From assembly GCA_965285935.1 (NCBI GenBank), contig OZ260666.1, positions 51,088,001 through 51,152,000 on the forward strand: a stretch of 64,000 bases of DNA, read 5' to 3'. Source of the DNA: Ophelia neglecta. Taxonomy: Eukaryota. Under the pieces are notes generated by a model. The model saw only the letters and a program-made list of their open reading frames with translations. It did not search any database and was not told the DNA's origin. Position 1 is the stretch's first letter, and each line of letters opens with the position of its first letter. A program made the translations under genes and the position numbers. Below are positions 20,655 through 55,909 of this stretch, piece by piece.

Positions 20655-23508
20655 CTCCAACACGGGTCATAAAATGGAAATAAGAATTGATGCATTTTCC
20701 ATTTGTATTATAAGCACAAAATAAATACAAAAAAGAAAAAAACAACCACTTGTATGTCATTTTTTGTCTTTAATGGGGTTATTATACCCAACTGGGTGCT
20801 ATGCATGTTGCTATTTGTCTCTATTATGGAGTGAATATATAATTATTATATTGGGAGCTAGAAAAACGCTTCAAATTTACTGGTCAATTGAGGTCAATGT
20901 TGGTGTTTACATTCCTATACAATTTTGCACTTAAAAGGTGTCCCTCTAACCTTACTGGCTGAGCCTATTGAGAAACTAGCCTAAATGGCTTCTAGGTTGG
21001 CCTCCCTTTCCCAAACCAGAGTAGTCACTTGATGTGCCCACCATATGTTAAACACCATACAAATCAGTAATAGTACCCTATTTTAAACAAAACCCTTTGA
21101 AGTAGGTTTATTTAGCTCGCCTAAAAAAGGCCATGTGTAAAGAATTAAGTCTGTTCTTGATATGCAAACTTAACTTCCAAAAATTTTTCCAAATCTGTTG
21201 CCTGGCCTTATCGATAGCTATTTGTGAAAACCCTTACTAGAAATTTCTCGGCACAAATTATTTGATTACCCTTTAATTTAGTGTTTGTGTGTGCCACAAT
21301 TGATGCAGAGTGGCCGTCTTACAGGTTCTACACCCTTTACCATCAGACAGACTCTTGCCCCATCAAGACAAAATATAAATGCAGGATTGAGGGTACAAAT
21401 CTTACTTGATGTCAATATACCTGTAGGCCTATATAAATCCACTAGGGATTAGAATTAGTAAAGAACCGTTCCTTTTCTTCAATAAAAAGTGACATGCCTT
21501 GCTATTTTTAGCAACATTGTGACACTAAAAAGTTCCTGAGAAATTCCAGAAAAAATAAATAAAGGTCACTTCCATCCACAAAAAATATATGTTAAATAAA
21601 TGATTGTAGTTACCCAAGGAATGAAAATAATACAAGTTGCCATAAGACAACAAATATTCAATGCTTATACAAAAGGGAGGCTTTAAGTTGCAGAAAACCC
21701 TAGTAATGTAATGGTTAAAATATTAAACTGGTTTTAAAATTGCATAATTTGTGCTATTAACATTAGCTCATATTGTTTTGGCATGTCCAAATAGGACCTA
21801 CATACATGTACCTTTTCAGGTGAAATTAAAAAGCCGCAAAGTGTTGTTAACAAAGAAACAGCAAATTTAAACCAGCTTAAACATTTTACCATTACAACAA
21901 GTCATTTGTTGCTTCTGGTGAATATGCATTATAAACAAGGAATGGCAGTCCTTTTTCGATAAACAATGCTCATTTTTGTTGGCATCAGTGATTCTCTCAG
22001 TGTAGATCTAATGCATGCACCAACATTCTCTGCTTCCATACTGTTCCCTCAATACACATGCTAAGGCTATTGTAAAATTTAAATGGGTGTCCCTTCACTC
22101 TACTACCAAGTTTTTAATTTTGGCCCCCTCTCTCCACATATAGGTATGTACAAGATTTTCCAGCTTGCCAAGCAGGACATTTTCAATGTAAAAGTCCTTA
22201 GGTCATCTTCCCATTTGATTTGAAGATTTTCTTATAAGCCTCCTGTTTTACAAAAGTTAAGAAAGTTTCTACTCTCTTATTCCTATGGAATATTCAAATT
22301 TTATCTAAGCTGATCATTTTTCATTCAATGGTTCATAAACTTTATGAGGGGGAAAAACCTCACTGGGGCTGGGTCTGTCAGATAAATAAAAAAGAGCCAC
22401 TGAAAACTTTGTGAGCCCTTTATTTCGCAAGTAGGGTCAAACCGTGAAATTAAAGGAACAAATATTAAGGGCCTGCAAGAAACTATTGTGCGAAGCTCGG
22501 ACAATCCAAAATTAAACAGCAGCAACTTAATTTGAGTGTGAAAACCACAAATATTATGGACCCCAAAATATCAGGGTTTTGCAGTAATTTCCAAAAATTT
22601 AGTTTTTTATTTAAGTATCTAAATTGAAACAGCATACAGTCTACTGTGACACAAGTCACAGAGGAGTGAATTTATTTTTACAACTATACAAGGGACAAAA
22701 TTATGTCTGTATTCCCACCATTCTCTGTTGTCTTTGGGAGCATATCAGGATAACTTATTTATGCACTTGTTGGGGCCACATTTCTATGTGTACCTATCTA
22801 TATACCTATATATCAATAAATTATCTTCAAATGGGCCTCCAGTAAATATGAATGGCAAGATTATCAGTTGAAATGCATGTTTATTAAAACATTTATGACA
22901 TGATTTAACTTGAATTTACAAAACAAACTCATCGTTATTATCCCATAGGTTTTTCCTTTACTGAAATCCATAGTTCACATCTTGCATAAAATTAAGCATT
23001 CACAACTAAAACACAAATTAAGACAAAAACATCAAATATCCAGTTAACTTTTACCTAGATGCAACGCCATGGCTTGCTGATTTTGTCACACTGCCAGAAC
23101 ATCAAAGGCCTCAAAAGATACAGACTAAAGAAACATATGCAATCAACAGTAACAAGATCCTCTTGAACCAAGTCCTGCTATTTAAATGATACAGCCCACT
23201 GTAAAGGGCAGATACCCCTTCAAGTACAGATATTCCGAATCAAAAGGGTTACAGACCAAAGAAATTTTTTATTTTAATGGTTTCTTGTACTAACCATGAT
23301 TTCAATTTCTTATTCACAAATCATAGAATTCATACCAATGTTATTTGAACATGATCACTTGATTTAGATTCTTCACATAACTATTGAATGAGTTTATTCA
23401 ATTAGCATAATAACATTACCCTTTCAATATATACAACTTTCATTCATGACTCTTCGAAACTCCTCTAGTAAGATTAAGTATAGATCTATTGTCTCCTACA
23501 TGCTACAA

Positions 23509-46592
<23,084 letters not shown>

Positions 46593-46599
46593 TTTCTTA

Positions 46600-46890
46600 T
46601 ATCGCTGTCTTATGTGGTAGTATATTAGCACCTAAATGTCGGTTTAAATGGTGACAAAATGGGAAAAAACAGACAACGTTCCGGAAGTCTTTAGGCACAG
46701 CGAACTCTCGCGATATTGGAGGGAGAAATTTATTAGCCAATCACAGTCAGCGATCTGGTAAAGAGCGCCGGTTTCGCGCGGAAAGCGATTGTTGTGGAGC
46801 GGCCGGATTAAAGGTCTCAAGTCATATCTATAGGAGATATTGTTAAATACTGCAGACAGATTCAAACATCGCATCAACAAATCTTGAGGT
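46600..46890. promoter_or_regulatory. Bidirectional CWC22 / CDC6 promoter with E2F, CCAAT and ETS sites
   Basis: CCGGAAGT 46681-46688; ATTGG 46715; CCAAT 46737; overlapping inverted E2F sites TTTCGCGCGGAAA 46772-46784; CDC6 non-coding exon donor GTAAGT at 46889. Confidence 0.75.
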
Positions 46891-47134
46891 AAGTCTTGGG
46901 ACGATACCACTTTACCAGTTCCATCTTCTAGACTATGTAGAAACATACATATTTTCTTTAAAAACTGAAGAAATGCTGACAAAACTTTCACTGATCATGA
47001 CGCCACCATCCACGGTGTCGTAATGCAACCTGTGCCAGCTGGTTGCTCGCTGTAAGTTCTAAATTCCCCTTTAACTTTTTCCATTTATAGTAGAACCTGA
47101 AACCTCATTATCACTTTGTAATTTTGCAGGCAAA

Positions 47135-50100
47135 ATGTCCCAGCAGGCTCAACTTGAGTTCAAAGTTAGGAAATCGTTACGCGCAACCAGATCGTCTGCC
47201 AAATTAAATTTGGAAGCCTCCAAGGATGCTCCACCAAAATCTCCTTTAAAACGCACGAGATCCAGGAGATCGTGTTTACGGCCCGAAGCAGGTATTATGT
47301 TGCAAGGTTTTCAATTTACTATTGAAAGCATTTGGAAATATACTGAAATTTTTATTTCTTTAAGATAAATCTGACTTATAGAAAAATTAAGTGTAAATAA
47401 GTCAACCTTTGAATAGAGTTTTATTCATTTCAGAAAATGCAGTCTGTTCACCCGTTAAAATTGAAAAGAAAGGAGATGACAGGGAAAATGTGCAGGGAAA
47501 GAAATTACAATTCAAAATACCGCTCCCCCCTCAAGAGGTCAGGATTCCACTGTCTCCAAGGAAAGATTTGGCCAATGTTAGAACACCTACAGAACGGCCA
47601 ATATTGGGTGCAGCTCCACTTACTTTGAGATCTCCTTTTTCAAACAGACCTACGCCTGATCAGAATAGGAGGGTTAGTCCAGGGAAAATACGTGCTTTGA
47701 GCTTCAACTCGCCAACCAAAGAAGCGGTGCCAACACCGGAAAAAGACTTATCAAAGGATAGAATAACTAAAGCCAGAGCACTGACCTTTTCCCCTACAAG
47801 GGCAGACACCAGAAACACTCTGGTTTTGTCACCAGTAAAATCACCAAGAAAATCTGCCATAAACAATGAAAACTGCATTTCACCCCATAAAAGTCCCAGG
47901 AAAAGGCTGTTGATAGATGATAGCTGTGGTTCACCTAGAAAGTCCCCGAGAAAACATTTGTTATCTAGTCCTAACAAAGCCAACAGAAGTTTGCTGTCAC
48001 CTTTCAGGATAGCCAAGCAGGAAGGTAGGATAATTGGCCCAGTTGTAAACTACAATAGACTTCTGTGCTAATCTATGAGGGTTTGTTTATTCCTGTGGCA
48101 AAGAACAACATACCGTCATTGTTTGAATTATCACACCTTCTATAATTTGATAGCCACTAATGAATGGAATAAACTGTAGCTGATTTTAAGCAAAGAAAAT
48201 ATCCCTAGTTTCAATAACATTTATAATTAGTTTTGATAACTGTTATTTCAGGACTTTGTTACCAGAAAGCCAAAAAGGCTCTGCACACTGCTTTGCCTGA
48301 AAAGATTGTGGGGCGAAAAAAGGAGCAAGAAACTGTCAACAACTTCCTGGAGACTCACCTGTGTAAATCCATACCTGGAAGTTTATACATATCTGGAGCT
48401 CCTGGAACAGGAAAAACGGCCATACTTTCACTTACACTGAGGAGAATTAGGGTAATTTATATATTATATAAAATAATGTACTTGTCTTTAAAAAATTAAA
48501 AAGTCCCCTTAACTTTTAATAAGTGAATTTGTTGGCAAGATAACATCTCAGCAACATTTCACAATACTACAATCCAATGAAATAATTGTGTACATTAACT
48601 TAATATCTTGAATCATTCTTATAGGATGAGTGCAACTATGAGGCATCATATGTCAACTGCATGAGCCTCAAAAACTCACAGGCCATTTACAACAAAGTTC
48701 TTGGTCAAATAAAAGGAAAGGAGACCTCACTGAGCACAAAAGAAGCTTCAAAACAACTGGAGAAATGTTTTTCAAGCTCTGGATCAATGATGTAAGATCA
48801 TGTTTTTTCTCACACTATGTACTTGTCTTTTATTTCCTTAGGGATAAGCTATTAGGGATCATGTATATATTGTTGTGATTATGTTCATAGAATATTTTTT
48901 TTCTGTCTTTCAGTGTCCTTATCTTGGATGAAATTGATTCTTTGGACAGCAAATCGCAAGAGGTGCTCTATACTATGTTTGAGTGGCCATCCCTGCCTAA
49001 TTCCAGACTTGTTCTAATTGGTGAGTATGAAAAAAAAGAATATAAGGTGTAGCACTAGCAGTATCCATTCGCAGTGCATAAATAGAAAAAAGTGTTCCAA
49101 GGAAAGTATACAAATTGTTTATTCTTTTGTTGTAGGCATTGCCAATGCTTTGGATTTGACTGACCGTATTTTGCCAAGACTGCAAGCAAGACCTAAATGT
49201 AGACCTGAGCTGCTTAATTTCTCACCCTATTCAAAGGACCAGATTGTGGCTGTTTTAACAGAAAGATTAAGCCAGGTAAATTTACTTTAAAAAGCTGTCC
49301 TATATCCTTGACCAAAAAGGAGTATTAAACAAAGTACTATGCATTTCTTTATTTTGTAAAATTGGACATTCTCTCATTCAGACCCCGAAATGTAAGTGGC
49401 AAACAATAGCCAGTTTAAAATACAAAAATGTAACATTTCTAAATCAAGATAAATTGCAGCCATATTTCTGCTGTTTCAAAATAAATACGGCATGCAAACC
49501 TAATACATATTTTTTTATACATAAGTTGGTACTTTGCTCAACATGTTGCCTCTGAAGATCATGTAGGCATTTTTTCTGAACAAGTGTGTAAAAACTCTTT
49601 TAACCTTTTGACTATCTTTCAGGTTGAGGTAGATGGGGAAAAGGTTTTGGAGCCCTCTGCTATACAGTTCTGTGCCCGTAAGGTTGCTGCCGTTGCAGGA
49701 GACATGAGGAAGGCTTTAGACGTGTGTAGAAGAGCTGTGGAAATGGTGGAGGCTGACATCAGAAAGCAGAGAATATTGGCCTCCCCTGGTAAGTAATCTG
49801 GTCGTAGGTCTATATATGTAATAAATGATCATTATCCTTTTGTTTTAATGGGACTGTATTTAAAAAACATATGTAAAAAATTTTCACATTTATTTTTGCA
49901 GGAACTAGAAGCCCGTCCAAAAGGTCAGCTGTGCCCAAAAAAATCACTGTGGCTCACATTTTAAAGATAATTAATGAAGTTTATGGGACACAGGTAGTGT
50001 CCCAACAGGGCAAACAGCAAACTTTACCTCTTCAACAGAAACTAGCTGTCTGTGCATTGCTGTTGATGTTAAAGACTGGCAAAGGCAAAGAGGTGATTCT

Positions 50101-50484
50101 CGGCAAGGTAAGGCAGTCATGAACTTTTCAGTTACATGCTATTATTTTGAATGAAAAACCTGTAGTGGTGCCTCCGTTTTGAATCAGGATATTGACCGAT
50201 AAACCATTGCTTCTTAGTCATGATGGTAATACAATTGTATTATATTCCAGTTCCATGAATGCTTCACAAAGATCTGCACCAAACAAACTGTCAGTAAGAT
50301 GGATCAGTCAGAATTTCACTCTATGCTCTCCTTGATTGAATCTCGTGGCATTGTTGCGGTGAGGCGTGGCAAAGATACCAGGAATTCCAAGGTGACCCTA
50401 AAGCTGGATGAGAGGGAGCTGGAAGTGGCTCTTCAGGACAAGACTCTCATTACTCAGATACTACAGGGGGGCATTCCCAAATAA
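47135..50484 (+). CDS. CDC6: Cell division control protein 6 (AAA+ replication licensing factor)
   Basis: Coding exons 47135-47291, 47434-48024, 48252-48451, 48625-48791, 48914-49020, 49136-49275, 49623-49788, 49902-50107 and 50251-50484. Walker [20 protein letters not shown], Walker [56 protein letters not shown]. Confidence 0.97.
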
Positions 50485-53400
50485 GTACTTGCTACTCATT
50501 AGACTTTGTTTTATTGCACTTTGTGCTATAAAATATCTCCTATTTTCCCTGCATTTACCGCCTACTTCTGTGGTGTGATTGTTCTAGATAGTATGAATGC
50601 ATTTATAGATAGGTATAATATCTGGGGCTTACTCACCATCAGAATTTAGCATTTGTTCATTTGACCTTGCCATAATGCATTTTAAAAACCAGTTGTGCTA
50701 TAACATGAACTATCCAGTTTTTTTTTCTTGTTTTTTTCTTTTGCAGACCCCACACGGTATGATTCAAATTTAAGTTTATAATAGTCTTACATAGTTGCAT
50801 TTTAACTATAAATGTTGATTCAAATTTTATTGGTCTAGAGACTATAATTTATTATTTTATTAAAAGTAATTGTAATTTTATTCTAAACGGTAATTAATCA
50901 TGTATGAATGTATGTATAGGCTTCTATGGCTTACATATACATTTTAAAATTTTATCATATTAATCTGAAGGAGTAATTGTTTTAAGATTTAATTTTTGAC
51001 TACCAGAAAAAGGAGATATTTTAATATGTATATAATAATTGTTTGGCTGACCAAGTAATATTGTTTGCAAACAAGTAGTTCAAATAGTCAACTATTGAAA
51101 GTTTGAAGAAGGGGAGAACGACAAACAAGTTCATTAATATTCACTTGTATGATGTAATAAGCTTGTCCCAAGTAATAATTAACAAGCTGTATGGATTTCC
51201 GTGATAAAATATAAAAAAAAACATGTAAAATCAATATTGACAAAAAAGTAGATGTGTTCCTTTAGAATTGGAAATTTTATAGCTGATGCTGTTTGTCGTA
51301 GAATCACAAACTCCTGTTCTCTCCAGAAGGTACAAAGTGTTTTTAGGATTCTTCTTTTAACTTTGATAGTTTGTGAATGTTGCTGTTTGAGTCCAGGCAT
51401 TTCCATGTATACCAATATTTATGTGTTGCTCAATTAATCTGGCAATCTATAAAAAAAATGTGTTGAATTACTTGCTTGATAATTCAGGTGGAACATGGTG
51501 GATCACATGATAAAATAGTTGTAAACTTTTATGTGATTCTGAAATAAAATATTTTACTGACTTTACTAGTGAGTTTTGCTTTTTTTCTCACAGTATGGGA
51601 GCATACAATGTGTGAGCAATAACTTAAATAACTGATAAACCATTGGAAACTTTTTCCTGAATGCATAATTTTCTGTCATGTGACTGGATAATTGCTTAAC
51701 ATGGGGAGGGGAAGGGGTTGGAAAAAGAGTGTAGTAGTGTGGGCAGTTGCTGTTGCCAATAGAGTTGCCATAAAGACATGCTGGTAATGTTGGGGGGGGG
51801 GGGGGGGGGGCAGGAGCTAAAAGTGAGCAAGATGAATTAGTCCATTTATTATATGGTATGCCCCTTGAATCATATGCTGTTACTATGATGGTAAACTTAA
51901 GTCCCTCTTTCATTTTTTATACAAGAATCATCAAACAAATAAATAAAAAGTTTGTATCATTTTCAACAAAAAGGGCTTAGAAATTAAGAGTGACCATGTA
52001 GATCAGACGACAAACCTTCATTAGCTTAGGTCATAATGTCAAATCATTAATAAAAAATGCATGGTTTGGGGACTTTTTTGTACAGGATTTTTGGTTTGCC
52101 ATTGTAAACTCAAAATGATATCATATGTTTCTCCCAAAAAATCTTGTTAAGAGAGATTACAGAAAACAAACTGTTGTATTGTCAGTCAAATCTTTATTTT
52201 TCTAATTAATTCTATGTTTTAACCTACATTATTTTCTTTCCCCTGAAATTTAAAACATATTGGCTTCTGTCACATCCATGTTATGGTAAAATAATAATAT
52301 AACCACTATTATCTGTATTACATCTTCATGCTGCAAATGATTCCTCAATTAATATGAGGCCATGAAAGTAAACTGAAGTAAAAACTAAAGTAAACTAGAA
52401 GTGCTGTTTTGATTGAATTTAAACACTTCTTATATCTTAAGTTGTAATATTTCTAATTCTTCATGGTATAACTATTAATTAGCATTTTGCAAACCAAAAT
52501 GTTAAACATAAAAAGCAGGATTGGTGAGACCCGTATATGTTACTAAGTATATTATTTATATCATATGACTACTGTACATATAGCCCTTATATCAACACCC
52601 CAAGAGGCTCGTTTCTAAAGACATCTCCATACTGTTAACACCGGTATTTCATTGAAAAATGCAAAACCTTTTAAAACTGTTCATAATATCTTCTAATAGC
52701 AGTAAATGGGTTGTACAGAGGTAGAACAAGTCTTTGGGGTCTGAATAGAATAAATCCATTATGCATTTACATACATCAACATATCCACATTTTGGACAAG
52801 CAGCACAATCTCACATTTTATATTTTGGGGCACCCTGTTATATCCCAATCTATGACCAGTTTCCCTGGGAACATCAACAGCAATCATGGAGAATTGAAAT
52901 ACTTTTGAATATCAATTACACTAATTTGTTCGACTACAAATGCAAATTCTAATCTATTTTATAACCAAAAATGTAGGTACCGGGTGTAAATAATTGGTAA
53001 CCTTTAATCTAATAATACATTGCAATAGTTCTCCTTATTGGAAAATCCCAAAATTCATTGGTGTTTTTCAGTAATATTCCTTTACATACCCTGTGACCAA
53101 TTTACACATTAGCAGTAGTAGTCTGCTCCACATCACATCAAAAATGTGAAGGAAAATACACATTAGATAAACATTTTATACAATTAACAATTTCAAATTA
53201 AGTTCAGTTGGAGTAAAGGCCTCATGACCTTGTGATTTAACCCTGAAATCAAGCCTACTGTAAAGCCCTTTCGTTTTCCCTCCATCCTTCCTGCTTGCAG
53301 TTTTGGAGCACACATTATTTTGCTACCCACTACACTTCATGACAGGACACATACAGGAAATTAAACAAGATAACACACAAACATTGTAATAAGAAAATCT

Positions 53401-55747
53401 AAATTTCTCCTATAAACTCAAATACATAACGATGATTTCATTCATACATAACAGAGTTGCACTGAAGTGACAAGGAAAATACCTGACAAAAAGATGGTTG
53501 CTTCACGATTATCATAGGCAAGACATTTGCTTGCATCCATGTGATCAAAGTGCATGGACATCTTTCAGCACAAGAAAATACCCGCTACAAGGGGATACAA
53601 GGGTATTCTCCTTTGATTATAATAATTTGCACAAAATAAAACCATGCTTGTTTTTTGCTATATCTTAAAGTATAAAAATACATGGCATGAACTGTTTCAC
53701 CAAATTAAATATAATGTGTAAATAGGTACACAATTTATGACAGATATAATAACTCTGTTGACCATGGATAATTATCCCTATATATATTGAAGCCCATGTT
53801 TTCCCTGAGAATGTAAGGCAATGATGAATTCCTGAATATATGTACAGAAAATAGGTTTAGTAAAAAGTCCAAGGCGTATGTTATGGTATTGACCATTGCC
53901 ATATAAATACTGCTGGAGCATCCGTTCTCTACTGTTGCTGTCCAACATGTGTAACCCATTTTACAGCAGAAAATAATATAAAACTACTAAATAATTATAT
54001 TTCCTTTTCAAGTATAGTATATAAGGCTCTCCAAAAAAAGATTGGAACTCTTTCAGAAAAGTATCGCTTTTTGAGTTCTCACTTCCCCTTTTATAGGTCA
54101 TGATGTCATAAACAAAAATGACACATTGTTTGAGCCTTCATGATTCCGGGAAAATCACTTTAAAATGCACATACACAATTTCTGATTTAGTCTGTGTTTG
54201 TTCACAAAATCTATTTATATTTTGCATTTAAACAGAAAGAGTTATAGTAGCAATTTCTATCAGTCTAATCATACGATAGTGAAAACAATATAGTCAAGGA
54301 TCTACGGTACTGCTAAGCATACGGTTTCAAATGATAAAAGGCCATAAAGTTGATTTCATTAACATAAAGATTCATGGATACTGACTTGCTTTCTATGTAA
54401 AGTACAAACCCTGTTTTACCGAAGCCAGGACCATCATCACTCTAGTTGAACCCTGGTGCCATATAGTGATTGTCACCCTTTCTTATAATAAGGAGGGAGA
54501 TTTTTTGCTGCATATCCAAGTTAAAGACATCTGTTGTCGTTGTCATGAAATAATGTTGTCAAATTTTAACACATTTAGCATATGACTTATGTAAAGAGGA
54601 TGGCATATCTTGACTAAAGAAATATAAACATATTATAGCAGACAAAAGATCTACAGGCATGTATTGAACAACATAAACATGCTTGCATGTCGTATAGAAA
54701 AAAACATTAAATATTGTATGCAAAATTTCATTGACATATAAAAAATAAATATTATAAAGTTGATTTATACCCTGAATTTCAACCGAACTTATATTATCCT
54801 TCACAAACCTGAGTATTGCAGACAGGCAAATTATATACACAGTGTTGAGGTATCTATGGTATAAAACCCTGAGAAGTGACATAATACCCAAAACTCATCC
54901 AAATATAAGTCATAATAATACAAAAAATGCACCAAAGTACACTTCTCAATACAGTGTACATTAACACTGACCGTAATAATACATTATACAATCATATATA
55001 TTGATGAAACATCCTTAAAAAGATTCCAGGCATAGTAATTCACAGGGATGACATCAATTTTATGCCTATTGGAGAATTTACAAATCACCGGTTAGGATTT
55101 CAATTTATTTTTGGAGAACACATGGCATCTCTATCTGCTGCCACAACAATCAACAGCAGCAGCTAAACAGGAGCAGTAGAAACCACTGCTCGGTGTGTAT
55201 ACTACATGCACATAAACTAAAGGTGTTAGGATGAAAACCTCCGTCTGTTGGTGGTGTAGCAATGCTGTATTCTTTACTTTGGTCCTAATCACAGTTTATT
55301 ATACTACTTAGATCTGTATTTGAACCTAAGTAGGTCTGTATTTAATTACCACATTTTGTAATATTCTACCCTGTTGCTTCGATTCTTAAATATCAGCCCA
55401 GTAATGTCAGCAAGCATGTCTATACGGAGGCCTAATCAAAGTACATTACTTTATGCTCTCAAAACACAATCCAAATCAAAGTCATTTCTTCTTCACAGAA
55501 ATCAAGACATGTCATGTGAAATATTTTTTTCCACACTTCTAGTCAAATAAAATCGTCACTACACATCAAATTGCTTGATATAGCCACATCTAAAACGTTC
55601 CTCTGTAAGCTGCCTTTATATTATCGCTGGGTGGTTGCCATTCAAGAGGCCATCTACAATTCTGCACCAAACATTGCATCCCAAATGGTTTGTTCAGGGA
55701 TCTGTTTATCAATTCTTAAACTATCTAGCAGATAGATACCCAGACAG

Positions 55748-55906
55748 GTATCTGTACCCATATCCTGGAGGAGGTATCTGTTAATGTGTATCCTGGTGGG
55801 GAATGTGTACACATATCCTGGTGGATGTATCTGTCTATGTGTATCCCAGTGGGGTCACTGTACACATATTCTGGAGGAGGTATCTGTCAACTTGTATCCC
55901 GGTGGA
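55748..55906. repeat. 53-nt (26+27) tandem repeat x3 immediately after the RAR stop codon
   Basis: GTATCTGTACCCATATCCTGGAGGAG-GTATCTGTTAATGTGTATCCTGGTGGG and two diverged copies. Confidence 0.8.
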
Positions 55907-55909
55907 GTA

